Positions 1-8,738 of a stretch of 59,735 nt of DNA are shown here, one piece after another. A program made the position numbers and the translations under genes. Source of the DNA: an uncultured bacterium (lineage in GTDB: Bacteria; Verrucomicrobiota; Kiritimatiellia; RFP12; UBA1067); the NCBI GenBank assembly GCA_902761275.1, contig CACWJS010000003.1:1-59735 (forward strand), in the 5' to 3' direction. The notes under the pieces were generated by a model. The model searched no databases. It was not told the origin of the DNA and saw only the letters and a list, made by a program, of their open reading frames with translations. How positions within the stretch are numbered: the stretch's first letter is position 1; every line of letters begins with the position of its first letter.

Positions 1-674
1 GTCGGCGCGAGGCGCTCCTTGAAGCACTTGATCGGCACCTTGACTGGCCAGCGCTGCATCATCTGGACGGGAACGTCCTTGCCATCGGGACCGGTAAGCG
101 TCGCGATCGTGTCGGTCACGGTGTAGTCACCGGCAGGGGCGAGCGATTTGACGGTGTAGACGCCGCGGAGCGCGAACGGAACCATGATCTTGTGCCCAGG
201 CATCGTCTTGTCGTCGAAGATGCCTTCCGTCACCCAGCCGAGGAAGTCGCCGGCCGTAACGCGGTCACCGACCTTTGCAATCGGGTGGAAGTCCCACTTC
301 CTGTCGCGGGGAAGCCCGGAGAGGTACATGCCGCGCTGGAGGAAGAACTCCGCGTCCTTTGAAATCTTGCTCGCTTCCTTCGCAAGATCGGCGAGAGGGT
401 TCTGGAGACCGTCGTAGACCTGTGCGAGCATGCCGGGCCCGAGCTCTGCGGCAAGCAGTTCCCCCGTGAACTCTACGCGATCGTCGACCATGAGGTCTGT
501 CGTCGCGTCGAACACCTGCATGTCGCAGCGCGTGCCGCGCACGCGCACGATCTCCGCCATTAGCTTCTTTTCGCCGCACACGGCGTAGCCGACTTCGTTC
601 TGCGCCACGGCGCCGTCAAATGCGACCGTGATCATGTTGCCGTTGACGGCGACGATTTTTCCGGTAGTTGTCAT
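1..674 (-). CDS. atpA: V-type ATP synthase subunit A, N-terminal part (runs off window)
   Basis: Manual translation MTTTGKIVAVNGNMITVAFDGAVAQNEVGY...ELGPGMLAQVYDGLQNPL; ATG overlaps the stop of the upstream gene; follows subunit E and DUF2764. Confidence 0.93.
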   Translation of the reverse strand, partial: MTTTGKIVAVNGNMITVAFDGAVAQNEVGYAVCGEKKLMAEIVRVRGTRCDMQVFDATTDLMVDDRVEFTGELLAAELGPGMLAQVYDGLQNPLADLAKEASKISKDAEFFLQRGMYLSGLPRDRKWDFHPIAKVGDRVTAGDFLGWVTEGIFDDKTMPGHKIMVPFALRGVYTVKSLAPAGDYTVTDTIATLTGPDGKDVPVQMMQRWPVKVPIKCFKERLAP

Positions 675-1132
675 ACTTTTTCTTTCGTTTCTGCCGTAAG
701 CTTGTCAAACGCAGCGTTGCCCCTCTCTGCCGAGACGGCGGAGCGGCGCAGCGCGATCCTGAGCCGAACCGCGTAGGTGGCGAGCGCACCTGAACCAAGC
801 GGCGAGGCCGGCGGGGTAAGTTCGCCTGCGGCGTCCCACCAGACCCTGTCGATCATGTCCTGGCGCTTCGCGACTTCCTTCTCCTGAAAGCAGGCGGTGA
901 CGCGGTTTTTCCAGTAAAGTGAACAGCCGTCAGCTGGGCGCTCATACTTCGCGCCGCCTCTCGCGACGGCCATGGCGTTGCGGAGCTGTGTTTCGAGGTC
1001 GTTCCATCCCGACGAGGCGACGAAGCGCTCCGCGTCTGGCGCGGTTTCCGCGAACTTCTCCCACGTAATTGGCGCAGGCGCGTCGAACGCAAGCGTCGGG
1101 AGACTTGCGACTATGTAGTCGGTGGACATCAC
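671..1132 (-). CDS. DUF2764 family protein (V-ATPase operon)
   Basis: YIVASLPTL N-terminus; position between subunits E and A. Confidence 0.8.
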   Translation of the reverse strand: MMSTDYIVASLPTLAFDAPAPITWEKFAETAPDAERFVASSGWNDLETQLRNAMAVARGGAKYERPADGCSLYWKNRVTACFQEKEVAKRQDMIDRVWWDAAGELTPPASPLGSGALATYAVRLRIALRRSAVSAERGNAAFDKLTAETKEKV

Positions 1133-1698
1133 TTGAGCAGCTTCGCGAGGTCTGGCCTGAGGCGCTTTGCAAGCTCGTCCGCAATCACGTCGCCGGTGAA
1201 CGCATGCTCCACGCGGCCGCCGTCGGTCTTGACGGAGAAGCCGGTTCCGAGCGTGTCGTCCATGACTACGGTGACGTTACCCTTGGAGGCGAGCTGCGCC
1301 TTGAGGGCGGCTGCAAGCTTGGGAGCCGCCGCGACTTCGACGGAGCCGACGAGATCCTTGATCGCCTCGGCGACGAGTGCGGCAGCCGTCTTTTCGTCTG
1401 CAAGAGCGGCGTCGACGTCTGCCTTGAGGACTTTTTCGAGAAGGGCGGTCACGGACGACTCTATCTTGAGTATCGTGTCGCGCTCGGCCTGGCGCACCGT
1501 CTCTGCGGCGCGCGCGGCGTAGTCTGCCGCGGCCTTTTCCGCGTCTGCCTTGGACTTCGCGGCCTCGGCATTAGCCGTTTTCACGATGTCGGCGGCCTTT
1601 GCCTTGGCGTCGGCAATTATCTTGTCGGCTTCGGCGCGGGCCTTTTCAATGCCCTCGCGGTTGATCTTCTCCAAGAGACTCTGCAAATCTTCAGACAT
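1129..1698 (-). CDS. atpE: V-type ATP synthase subunit E
   Basis: LQSLLEKINREGIEKARAEADKII, Ala/Lys/Glu-rich helix; GGAGG RBS; operon context. Confidence 0.9.
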   Translation of the reverse strand: MSEDLQSLLEKINREGIEKARAEADKIIADAKAKAADIVKTANAEAAKSKADAEKAAADYAARAAETVRQAERDTILKIESSVTALLEKVLKADVDAALADEKTAAALVAEAIKDLVGSVEVAAAPKLAAALKAQLASKGNVTVVMDDTLGTGFSVKTDGGRVEHAFTGDVIADELAKRLRPDLAKLLK

Positions 1699-1724
1699 GT
1701 CGTTCCTCCAAAAAAGTGTTATAA

Positions 1725-1754
1725 ATTATATCTTTTTTATTGCCCGCAAGTCAA
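1725..1754 (-). promoter_or_regulatory. sigma70-type promoter for the V-ATPase operon
   Basis: TTGACT-N18-TATAAT on the minus strand. Confidence 0.65.
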
Positions 1755-1771
1755 GGCAGCGACGCATTTTT

Positions 1772-1780
1772 TGGTATAAT
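1772..1780 (+). promoter_or_regulatory. extended -10 promoter element
   Basis: TGGTATAAT upstream of the GH95 gene; the motif recurs before many genes in the window. Confidence 0.65.
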
Positions 1781-1827
1781 GAGGGTGGTAGAAAACATCG
1801 AAAACATCATAAACGAGGAATCGAGAC

Positions 1828-3915
1828 ATGAGAGCATCAAGCATAGCCGCTACGGCGTTCCTATTTTCCGCAATGACGACCTTCGCGGCCCCGGTAGAAT
1901 GGGATTTCCCGCGTATGGGGAGCTGCCACGAGGGAATTGCCTTTGGCGACGGCAAGACTGGCGTCCTCGTCTGGGGTGGCGGTGACGAGATTCGCCTCAC
2001 GGTCGGGCGCTCCGACCTATGGGACCACCGTGGCGGATATTCCTGGATGCCAGAGCAGAACTACACGAACATCGTCGCCGCCGTCCATTCTGGCGACAAG
2101 GACCGCCTCTACGGACTCTTCAAGAAGGAAACGCCGAAGGGCCAGCCGCGTAACCCATATATGCTTCCGCTTGGTCGCGTCGTGATCAAGGTTCCCGGCA
2201 AGACGCTGAAGCGTGGCACGCTTGACCCGTTCACCGGGCTCGGTAGTCTTGAGTTCGCCGAAGGCGGCGCGGTTGGCCTTGCGATGTCGAAAATGGTAGG
2301 TGGCACCTTTGCGATGGCGTTTCCCAAGGATGTCGCGTTTGAGGCCAAGACGATTCCCGCAACCGACTTCCCTGTCTATGAAAGACAGCTCAAGCCGATT
2401 GGCTTCGAGAAGGCGAGCGTGTTTGATGTTATTGACGGGGACGGAAGCTGCGGCGGCCTGCGCTGGAATCTCCCCGCAGATCCATCCGTCTGGCTTTCCT
2501 GGTTGAAGAAGGACAGCGTGATTACTCTCAAGACGGGTCGCGGCGGCGACAAGACAGTGTATGCGGACGCAAGGCATTTCGACAGCATTGCGAAGGAATC
2601 GGTCGCGTACTGGAAGCTTTTCTGGTCCGAAGGTGCGCGCGTGAAAGTGCCCGATCCCGTGATCCAGCGCGTCTACGACTACGGCATGTACCGCTTCGGC
2701 GCGATGACCGATCCGGACGGCGTTCCGGCGGGGCTCCAGGGCGTGTGGCTCGAGGATGACAGGCTCGTTCCGTGGAACGGCGACTACCACTTCAACATCA
2801 ACGTGCAGGAGTGCTACTCGCCCGCGTTCCGCGGCGGGCATTTCAAGAACCTTCTGCCGCTTTTCAGGATGGTCCTCTCGTGGCGGCCGCTTCTCAAGGA
2901 CAACGCAAAGAAGTTCGTCGGCATCGACAATGGCTATGTCCTTCCGCATTCCGTCGACGACCGCGGCGTTTGCATTGGCGGCTTTTGGACCGGCACTATC
3001 GACCACGGCTCTACGGCGTGGGTCGCTGCGATGATGATGCGGTATGTGCGCTATTCGGGCGATGTTGAGTTTCTAAAGGGCGGTGCGTTCGACTTCATGA
3101 AGGGCGCGATGAATGTCTACCGCGCGATGATGGAGGAGGAAGGCGGCAAGCTCACGCTTCCGCTTGGGCCTTCGCCTGAGTGGGGTGGCTCCGACGTGAG
3201 AAGCGCGGTCGGGCGCGATCCGAGTTTCCAACTCGCCGCGGCCCATCGTCTCGCGCGCGATCTCGTCGACGCGGCGAAGCTTCTTGGTGTGCAGCCGGAT
3301 GCGATGTGGCTCGATGTCGAAAAGCGTCTTCCGCTGTATTCTGCCGGGGAGAGCGGCATAGAACTTTTCCGAGGCCAGGCGCTGACGGAATCTCACCGTC
3401 ACCACTCCCACATGGCGGGGCTTTATCCTTTTGACACGCTCGACCTCTCCGACAAGGAGACGCGCGATGTCGCGGCGAAGACCTACGGGACATGGGTCTA
3501 CCGTGGAACCGGGCTTTGGTCGGGGTGGTGCGTCCCGTGGGCGTCGATACTCAATACGCATGTCGGGAACGCCCAGGCGGCGGTGGAGTTCCTCAGGTCG
3601 TGGGATGCGTACTTCTGCAACCCTGGTCACGGCTCTTTGCACAACGCGTACGCGCCTGGCTTTTCGACATTCACGATCTTTGGTAGCTTTGCCGGCTCTG
3701 GCGACGGGCAGATAATGCAGATGGACGGACAGTGCGCGGCGGCGACGGCCGTCCTCGAGATGATGGCGCACGAGGTGAACGGCAAGGTCGAGTTTTTCAA
3801 GGGCTGCCCCGAGTCGTGGCGCGAAGTCTCGTTCGAGAACCTTGCGCTTTCCGACGGTCGCCGCGTAAACGGCCGCCGCATCGACGGGAAGATTGCAATC
3901 GAGGAAGTGAAGTAA
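1828..3915 (+). CDS. GH95-like glycoside hydrolase (alpha-L-fucosidase family), secreted
   Basis: Signal peptide; WNGDYHFNINVQECY, HRHHSHMAGLYP and QMDG motifs. Confidence 0.85.
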   Translation: MRASSIAATAFLFSAMTTFAAPVEWDFPRMGSCHEGIAFGDGKTGVLVWGGGDEIRLTVGRSDLWDHRGGYSWMPEQNYTNIVAAVHSGDKDRLYGLFKKETPKGQPRNPYMLPLGRVVIKVPGKTLKRGTLDPFTGLGSLEFAEGGAVGLAMSKMVGGTFAMAFPKDVAFEAKTIPATDFPVYERQLKPIGFEKASVFDVIDGDGSCGGLRWNLPADPSVWLSWLKKDSVITLKTGRGGDKTVYADARHFDSIAKESVAYWKLFWSEGARVKVPDPVIQRVYDYGMYRFGAMTDPDGVPAGLQGVWLEDDRLVPWNGDYHFNINVQECYSPAFRGGHFKNLLPLFRMVLSWRPLLKDNAKKFVGIDNGYVLPHSVDDRGVCIGGFWTGTIDHGSTAWVAAMMMRYVRYSGDVEFLKGGAFDFMKGAMNVYRAMMEEEGGKLTLPLGPSPEWGGSDVRSAVGRDPSFQLAAAHRLARDLVDAAKLLGVQPDAMWLDVEKRLPLYSAGESGIELFRGQALTESHRHHSHMAGLYPFDTLDLSDKETRDVAAKTYGTWVYRGTGLWSGWCVPWASILNTHVGNAQAAVEFLRSWDAYFCNPGHGSLHNAYAPGFSTFTIFGSFAGSGDGQIMQMDGQCAAATAVLEMMAHEVNGKVEFFKGCPESWREVSFENLALSDGRRVNGRRIDGKIAIEEVK

Positions 3916-3923
3916 GCGCCTTC

Positions 3924-4337
3924 GCGCGGACGCGGTGGGGCGTGTTTCGGCTTAGGGCGAGAATCGCCGCGCCGCCCGATGGCGAGGCCTACGCCCGACC
4001 TGCTCGCACCCCGCATAGCGCCCGCTTCGCGGCTCACTTCGTTCGGGGGATACCAACCCGCAGTTTGCGGGCACCCCACCGACATGATTTTGACGCGCGC
4101 GTCTTCACGCGCGCCCTTTACGCCGGTAGTCAAAATCACGTCGGGCCCGCAAACTTGCTCGCCCTCGCTTTCGCTTCGGGTTGGTTCGTGCACTGCACGA
4201 ACCACCGACAAGCGGCGGCTACCTCGGGCGCCAGTCGGCTCTCCGGCCTCTGCGCTTCGCTCCGACCATCGGTCGGCGCGGCGACTGCCTTGCGGTAGAA
4301 AACACATTCCGCCGAAACACCCCCGCCGCGTCCGCGC
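3924..4337. repeat. ~415 bp nested inverted-repeat (rod-like) element
   Basis: Pairs 3924-3951/4311-4337, 3964-3982/4266-4284, 4053-4060/4177-4184, 4062-4072/4145-4155, 4079-4094/4129-4144. Confidence 0.85.
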
Positions 4338-4360
4338 CCTAACGCTATACCACCGCGACG

Positions 4361-4420
4361 CTATCTGACTCTAATCCCACCCTAACCGACTCTAATCGGC
4401 ACTAATCGACCCTAATCGAT
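4361..4420 (+). repeat. degenerate 10-mer tandem repeat (CTAATCGACN-like, ~6 units)
   Basis: ctaatcccac cctaaccgac tctaatcggc actaatcgac cctaatcgat. Confidence 0.75.
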
Positions 4421-4428
4421 TTGTGTCT

Positions 4429-4452
4429 GATTTCGTCCGCACCATAATCTCA
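4429..4452 (+). repeat. 24 bp direct repeat, copy 1 (copy 2 at 5959-5982)
   Basis: GATTTCGTCCGCACC(A/G)TAATCTCA, 1 mismatch. Confidence 0.85.
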
Positions 4453-4568
4453 CGAAGTCGCAACTTACGATTTTTCGGCAATCTCGCCGCAGATTTTGCT
4501 ATAATACCCACATCCCGCGAGGCGGTATGCGCGACGCGGGGTCATAGTCCGGAAAACGGAAAAGGGCA

Positions 4569-4653
4569 AGTTGATGAGTTGAGAGTTGTGAGTGGGTGAG
4601 TTAACTCCTCCACTCCCTCGCTCCTCCACTCCATCACTTCTCCCCGCTCCCAC
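4569..4653. repeat. tandem-repeat hairpin element (GAGTG/GAGTT arm + CACTC arm)
   Basis: Centre GAGTTAACTC at 4598-4607; related to 37264-37343 in the opposite orientation. Confidence 0.8.
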
Positions 4654-4893
4654 CGGGCGTTTAACAATGTAGCATCAACGCTACACGTCGTTCAGCAGAA
4701 ATACTAGCACCATTTCAAAAATAGGACGACATGTAAGTGGAGATGCGCTCAATTGGGCGCATTTTCTCTTCGTGCATCCTATTTAGCCTGTGCTAGGGCT
4801 ACTGCTGAGTGCATGAGAGGGAATGCGCTCTTTTTTATGCATGCGAGGCGGTCTCCGCGGCGAATGAAGCGCGGCAAGATTTTCCGCGTTGAA

Positions 4894-4923
4894 TTCTCGC
4901 GCAGAGGCGCAGAGACGCGGAGT
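4894..4923 (+). repeat. CGCAGAG(G/A) 8-mer arm; inverted partner at 6036-6065
   Basis: TTCTCGCGCAGAGGCGCAGAG versus the reverse complement of CTCCGCGCCTCTGCGTGAGAA (2 mismatches in 21). Confidence 0.75.
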
Positions 4924-4932
4924 TGCGGGGGC

Positions 4933-5955
4933 ATGGTAATGAATGATGCGAAAGCGTTGCTTGCTGCAAAACGGGCGAAGAAGGATGAATTCTACACGCA
5001 GCGCGTTGATATTGAGAACGAGCTAAAACACTACAAATCACATTTCAAGGGAATGACGGTTCTTTGTAACTGTGACGATCCGCGGCAGAGTGAGTTTTTC
5101 AAGTTTTTTGTTGAAAACTTCGAACGGCTTGGTTTAAGAAAATTGATAGCCACTTGTTATAGGTCGCAGGATGTCGATCTCTTTTCGCAAGGAGATTGTG
5201 AGCGTGCCATTTGTCAGGTGTACGAGGGCGACAAGAACGGCAACATGATTTTGGATGATAACGAGATAGGTGTTCGTGAACTCAAGGGTAATGGTGACTT
5301 TCGGAGCGAAGAGTGCATTGATATTTTGAAGGACTCCGACATAGTTGTAACCAATCCGCCTTTCTCCCTCTTCCGTGAGTATATTGAGCAGCTCGCCAAA
5401 TACAAAAAGAAGTTTTTGATAATTGGGAACGTCAATTCGTTGACATACAAAGAGGTGTTCCCGCTTATTAAAGGAAATGAATTGTGGCTTGGAGCATCGA
5501 TTCATAGTGGAGACAGGAAATTTGGCGTTCCTGCCGACTATCCGCTCAACGCCACATCGTGCGGTGTTGACGAAAATGGGCAGAGATTCATTAGGGTGAA
5601 AGGCGTTAGATGGTTCACGAATCTTGATTATCCACAGCGCCATGAGAAGTTGCCGCTCTATAAGAAGTATTCGCCAGAAGAGTTTCCAAAATATGACAAC
5701 TATGATGCGATAGAAGTTGCAAAGACATCTGACATACCATATGATTACGATGGTGTGATGGGTGTGCCGATTACGTTTATGGACAAATACAATCCTGAAC
5801 AGTTTGAGCTGATTGGCTGTAGTGATAATGGGGCGGTGGCCGATCAATACAAATTGCCACATTTTAAGCGGCACAACGAACCATACATAAATGGCAAGAA
5901 GATGTATAAACGGATATTCATTCGTCGCAGAAAGGAAGTGGGGAAACAGTCGTGA
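4933..5955 (+). CDS. adenine-specific DNA methyltransferase, EcoRI family
   Basis: KKDEFYT, VLCNCDDP, VTNPPFSLFREY (NPPF catalytic motif), MGVPITF; start ATG 4933 or 4939; more AT-rich than neighbours. Confidence 0.9.
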   Translation: MVMNDAKALLAAKRAKKDEFYTQRVDIENELKHYKSHFKGMTVLCNCDDPRQSEFFKFFVENFERLGLRKLIATCYRSQDVDLFSQGDCERAICQVYEGDKNGNMILDDNEIGVRELKGNGDFRSEECIDILKDSDIVVTNPPFSLFREYIEQLAKYKKKFLIIGNVNSLTYKEVFPLIKGNELWLGASIHSGDRKFGVPADYPLNATSCGVDENGQRFIRVKGVRWFTNLDYPQRHEKLPLYKKYSPEEFPKYDNYDAIEVAKTSDIPYDYDGVMGVPITFMDKYNPEQFELIGCSDNGAVADQYKLPHFKRHNEPYINGKKMYKRIFIRRRKEVGKQS

Positions 5956-5958
5956 CAA

Positions 5959-5982
5959 GATTTCGTCCGCACCGTAATCTCA
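5959..5982 (+). repeat. 24 bp direct repeat, copy 2
   Basis: Matches 4429-4452. Confidence 0.85.
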
Positions 5983-5997
5983 TTTTGCGACCGAAAC

Positions 5998-6024
5998 AAT
6001 CCTGTCAATCCTGTAAATCCTGTC
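5998..6024 (+). repeat. 9-mer tandem repeat AATCCTGT(C/A) x3
   Basis: The reverse complement recurs at 11114-11141. Confidence 0.8.
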
Positions 6025-6092
6025 TAACAAACACACCTCGCGCACTCCGCGCCTCTGCGTGAGAAGAAATATCGAAAGAAAAGGAACACGCC

Positions 6093-7208
6093 ATGAAAAT
6101 CGAACTGCATAGAATAAAGATACGCGACCTTGTCGACGGATATGTCGATGACGCGGAGAGCGGCGTGAGGGGGTGCGGCGGACTGCTCGACATCAGACCC
6201 GCCTATCAGCGCGAGTTCGTCTACAAGGAGAAGGAGCGCAATGCCGTGATCTCCACCGTGATGAAGGGCTTTCCGCTCAATGTCATGTACTGGGTCAAGA
6301 ACCCCGACGGAACATTCGAGGTGATGGACGGACAGCAGCGGACGATTTCGCTTTGCCAATACTACAACGGCGACTTCGCGTGGGGAGAGCTTGACCTCGC
6401 GGCAAAATACTTCCACCGCCAGCTCCCCGACGTGCAGGAGAAGTTTCTAAACTACGAGCTGATGGTCTACTTCTGCGAGGGAACGCCGACGGAGAAGATC
6501 GATTGGTTCAAGGTCATCAACATCGCGGGGCTGAAGCTCACCGCGCAGGAGATGCGTAACGCCGTCTACTCGGGCCCTTGGGTCGCGGACGCGAAGCGCT
6601 ACTTCTCGAAACCCGGGTGCGTCGCGCAGAAGATCGGCTCGCCATACCTGAACGGAAGCGCGGACAGGCAGGAGTATCTTGAGACAGCGATCTCGTGGAT
6701 GGTCAACTCGCAGAAGGACAAGGCGATCGAGGAATACATGGCGATTCACCAGGGCAACGGCGAGGCGACGGAGCTATGGCTCCATTTCCAGAAGGTCGTG
6801 AACTGGATCGAGACGCTGTTCCCGAAGTATCGGCGCGAGATGAAGGGGCTTGAGTGGGGGCGGCTCTACAGGGAATTCTCCGCGAAGAGCTACAACCCGA
6901 AGGCGCTGGAGCGGCGCGTCGTGGAGCTGATGACGGACAAGGAAGTGCAGAACAACAAGGGGATTTATGAGTTCCTTCTTTCCGGCGAGACGCGGCGCGA
7001 GAAGTTGAACCTGCGGCAGTTCGACGACGACGAGAAGCGCGCGGCATACGAGGCGCAGAAGGGTGTATGCCCTGTCTGCGGCGGACACTTCGAGTATGAG
7101 GAGATGGAAGGCGACCACATCGTGCCGTGGTCGAAGGGCGGCAAGACCGTTCCCGAAAACCTGCAGATGCTCTGCCGCCGCGACAATGCGCTGAAAAGCG
7201 ACAGGTAA
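6093..7208 (+). CDS. DUF262 (GmrS-like) + C-terminal HNH endonuclease
   Basis: RPAYQREFVY and DGQQR motifs; CPVC...EGDHIVPWSKGGKTVPENLQMLC. Confidence 0.9.
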   Translation: MKIELHRIKIRDLVDGYVDDAESGVRGCGGLLDIRPAYQREFVYKEKERNAVISTVMKGFPLNVMYWVKNPDGTFEVMDGQQRTISLCQYYNGDFAWGELDLAAKYFHRQLPDVQEKFLNYELMVYFCEGTPTEKIDWFKVINIAGLKLTAQEMRNAVYSGPWVADAKRYFSKPGCVAQKIGSPYLNGSADRQEYLETAISWMVNSQKDKAIEEYMAIHQGNGEATELWLHFQKVVNWIETLFPKYRREMKGLEWGRLYREFSAKSYNPKALERRVVELMTDKEVQNNKGIYEFLLSGETRREKLNLRQFDDDEKRAAYEAQKGVCPVCGGHFEYEEMEGDHIVPWSKGGKTVPENLQMLCRRDNALKSDR

Positions 7209-7266
7209 GAATATGGTAAAATGTCAGCTGATAAATCTTGGTTGGTGCAAATGAAGGGTTTGTGAA

Positions 7267-7926
7267 ATGAACGAAAAGGCAAGGCGAGTGGTCTGGACGC
7301 TGGTGCGAATCGTATCGGCATTGGTGATCGGACATGTAGGATTCTTCTGCCTTATGTGGCTTTTGCCGCTGATGACTGACGTGGTGGCTTCCGAAATAGG
7401 TTGCCTCTGCCTCAGTGCGTTTGCGTTCTTCATGCTCAGGGTTCGCCATTGGCGTTTCTGGGTTGCCGTCGTGATTGGCGTTGTTCTTTGGGTTGCCACA
7501 ATGAGGGTGCATGTATACACAGATCCTCTGTACGATGATGCTTGCGGGTATACGCGCTACATCGGGCTGCCGTTGCCGGCGCATAGAGTTAATGAATGTT
7601 CGTCTGGATTCTCGGTAATGTTTGACGGCAAGCCTGGAAGGTCGGCGATAAACTTGCTTTTCTGGTGCTTCCTCGCCTACGCGCTTGTCGTTGCGCCTCG
7701 CATTGTGCGGTGGTTTCGGGAAGTATGGCGCAATCACAAGAAGTGTGTCGTCGCCTCCGCGGCAGTTTTGTTGACGGCTATCGTGTTGGTAATTGTCTAC
7801 CGTCAGGAAATCGCTGCAAACTGGTATGCGCCTCGGAATTGGCAGTCGCCGCACGGCCATGAGCGACTGCCAAGGCATCTTTGGCCTGAGCGCACCTGGT
7901 GGGAGAATGTGAAGAGCTATTTCTGA
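7267..7926 (+). CDS. hypothetical membrane protein
   Basis: About 5 hydrophobic segments; TGGTAAAAT upstream. Confidence 0.6.
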   Translation: MNEKARRVVWTLVRIVSALVIGHVGFFCLMWLLPLMTDVVASEIGCLCLSAFAFFMLRVRHWRFWVAVVIGVVLWVATMRVHVYTDPLYDDACGYTRYIGLPLPAHRVNECSSGFSVMFDGKPGRSAINLLFWCFLAYALVVAPRIVRWFREVWRNHKKCVVASAAVLLTAIVLVIVYRQEIAANWYAPRNWQSPHGHERLPRHLWPERTWWENVKSYF

Positions 7927-7961
7927 GAGCGGCTTTTCGATTTTTCCCGTAGTGAAAACCA

Positions 7962-8042
7962 CGCCAAGCTGATGGTTGGAGCGAAGCGCAGAGGCCTGAG
8001 AGCCGATGGTCGCGGACGCGGAGGGTGTGTTTTGGCGGCATG
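7962..8042 (-). repeat. partial, rearranged inverted copy of the 3924-4337 element
   Basis: 7971-8006 matches the reverse complement of 4235-4270 (2 mismatches); 8011-8042 resembles that of ~4305-4336. Confidence 0.8.
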
Positions 8043-8075
8043 CGCGTATCCGCGGCAAAGCTAGCAAGCCCTAAG

Positions 8076-8137
8076 CCTAAGTGCGGCAGTTGAACTGGCG
8101 GAATCAACATCCCGCCAGTTCAACTGCCGCACTTAGG
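8076..8137. repeat. perfect 26 bp inverted repeat with 10 nt loop
   Basis: CCTAAGTGCGGCAGTTGAACTGGCGG-N10-CCGCCAGTTCAACTGCCGCACTTAGG. Confidence 0.95.
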
Positions 8138-8487
8138 ATAAGAATGCGCAGACAAACATCTGGGGTGTTGAAAGGTTGTATTCTGGGGGGCTGGTCGCTC
8201 TTTTGGACAAGGCGCCGGCCTATGGCAGAGTTGACGTCGTCAGAAGAAGGAACCATCGTGGAGTGATCATGACTGATCTTGTGAAGGTGAATTACGAAAA
8301 TCAGCCGGACAAGGATCCTGTCGGATGGACTGACGACCCCACTTGGAGCGTTTTCAGGAGAGGACTCGCCAGGAATTGCGGAGGGGGTAAATTGGTTACC
8401 GCACCAGATGGCGGCAAATACCACTACTCCTTCTATTTTGCTGTTGCTCCAGACGTTGACAAGTTGAACAAGTTCTACTGGAAGTAA
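8137..8487 (+). pseudogene. probable 5'-truncated gene fragment (or a 72 aa ORF from ATG 8269)
   Basis: Frame is open from the hairpin end (DKNAQTNIWGVERLYSGG...FYWK*) without a good start. Confidence 0.4.
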
Positions 8488-8539
8488 ACGCAATCATGCT
8501 ATAGCAACACTGCGGCGCAACTCGTGTTCCAGCGAGCTG

Positions 8540-8571
8540 CCGCCGCGTTCGTTGTGAGCGCGGCGGTTTTT
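8540..8571 (+). terminator. rho-independent terminator-like hairpin; repeated at 10116-10140
   Basis: CCGCCGCG-N11-CGCGGCGG followed by a T-run. Confidence 0.6.
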
Positions 8572-8658
8572 GCTGCAAAGACTAGATTCTCGCGGATTTG
8601 TTCGGCATGAGATTGAAACGTGTTGCACCGCGATGAACGTTCTGTGGACATGTGGTGC

Positions 8659-8688
8659 TTGACGTGCGGTCTGATAAGATGGTATAAT
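8659..8688 (+). promoter_or_regulatory. sigma70-type promoter of the abiE operon
   Basis: TTGACG-N18-TATAAT with extended TG. Confidence 0.7.
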
Positions 8689-8738
8689 TCGACCAAACAA
8701 ATGACTAGATCGAAGCCAATCATAGAAATAGTTTAACG

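Noticed and set aside
4753-4932. N-terminal extension of the MTase ORF
   Set aside because: TTG start running through a repeat arm; family similarity begins near 4939
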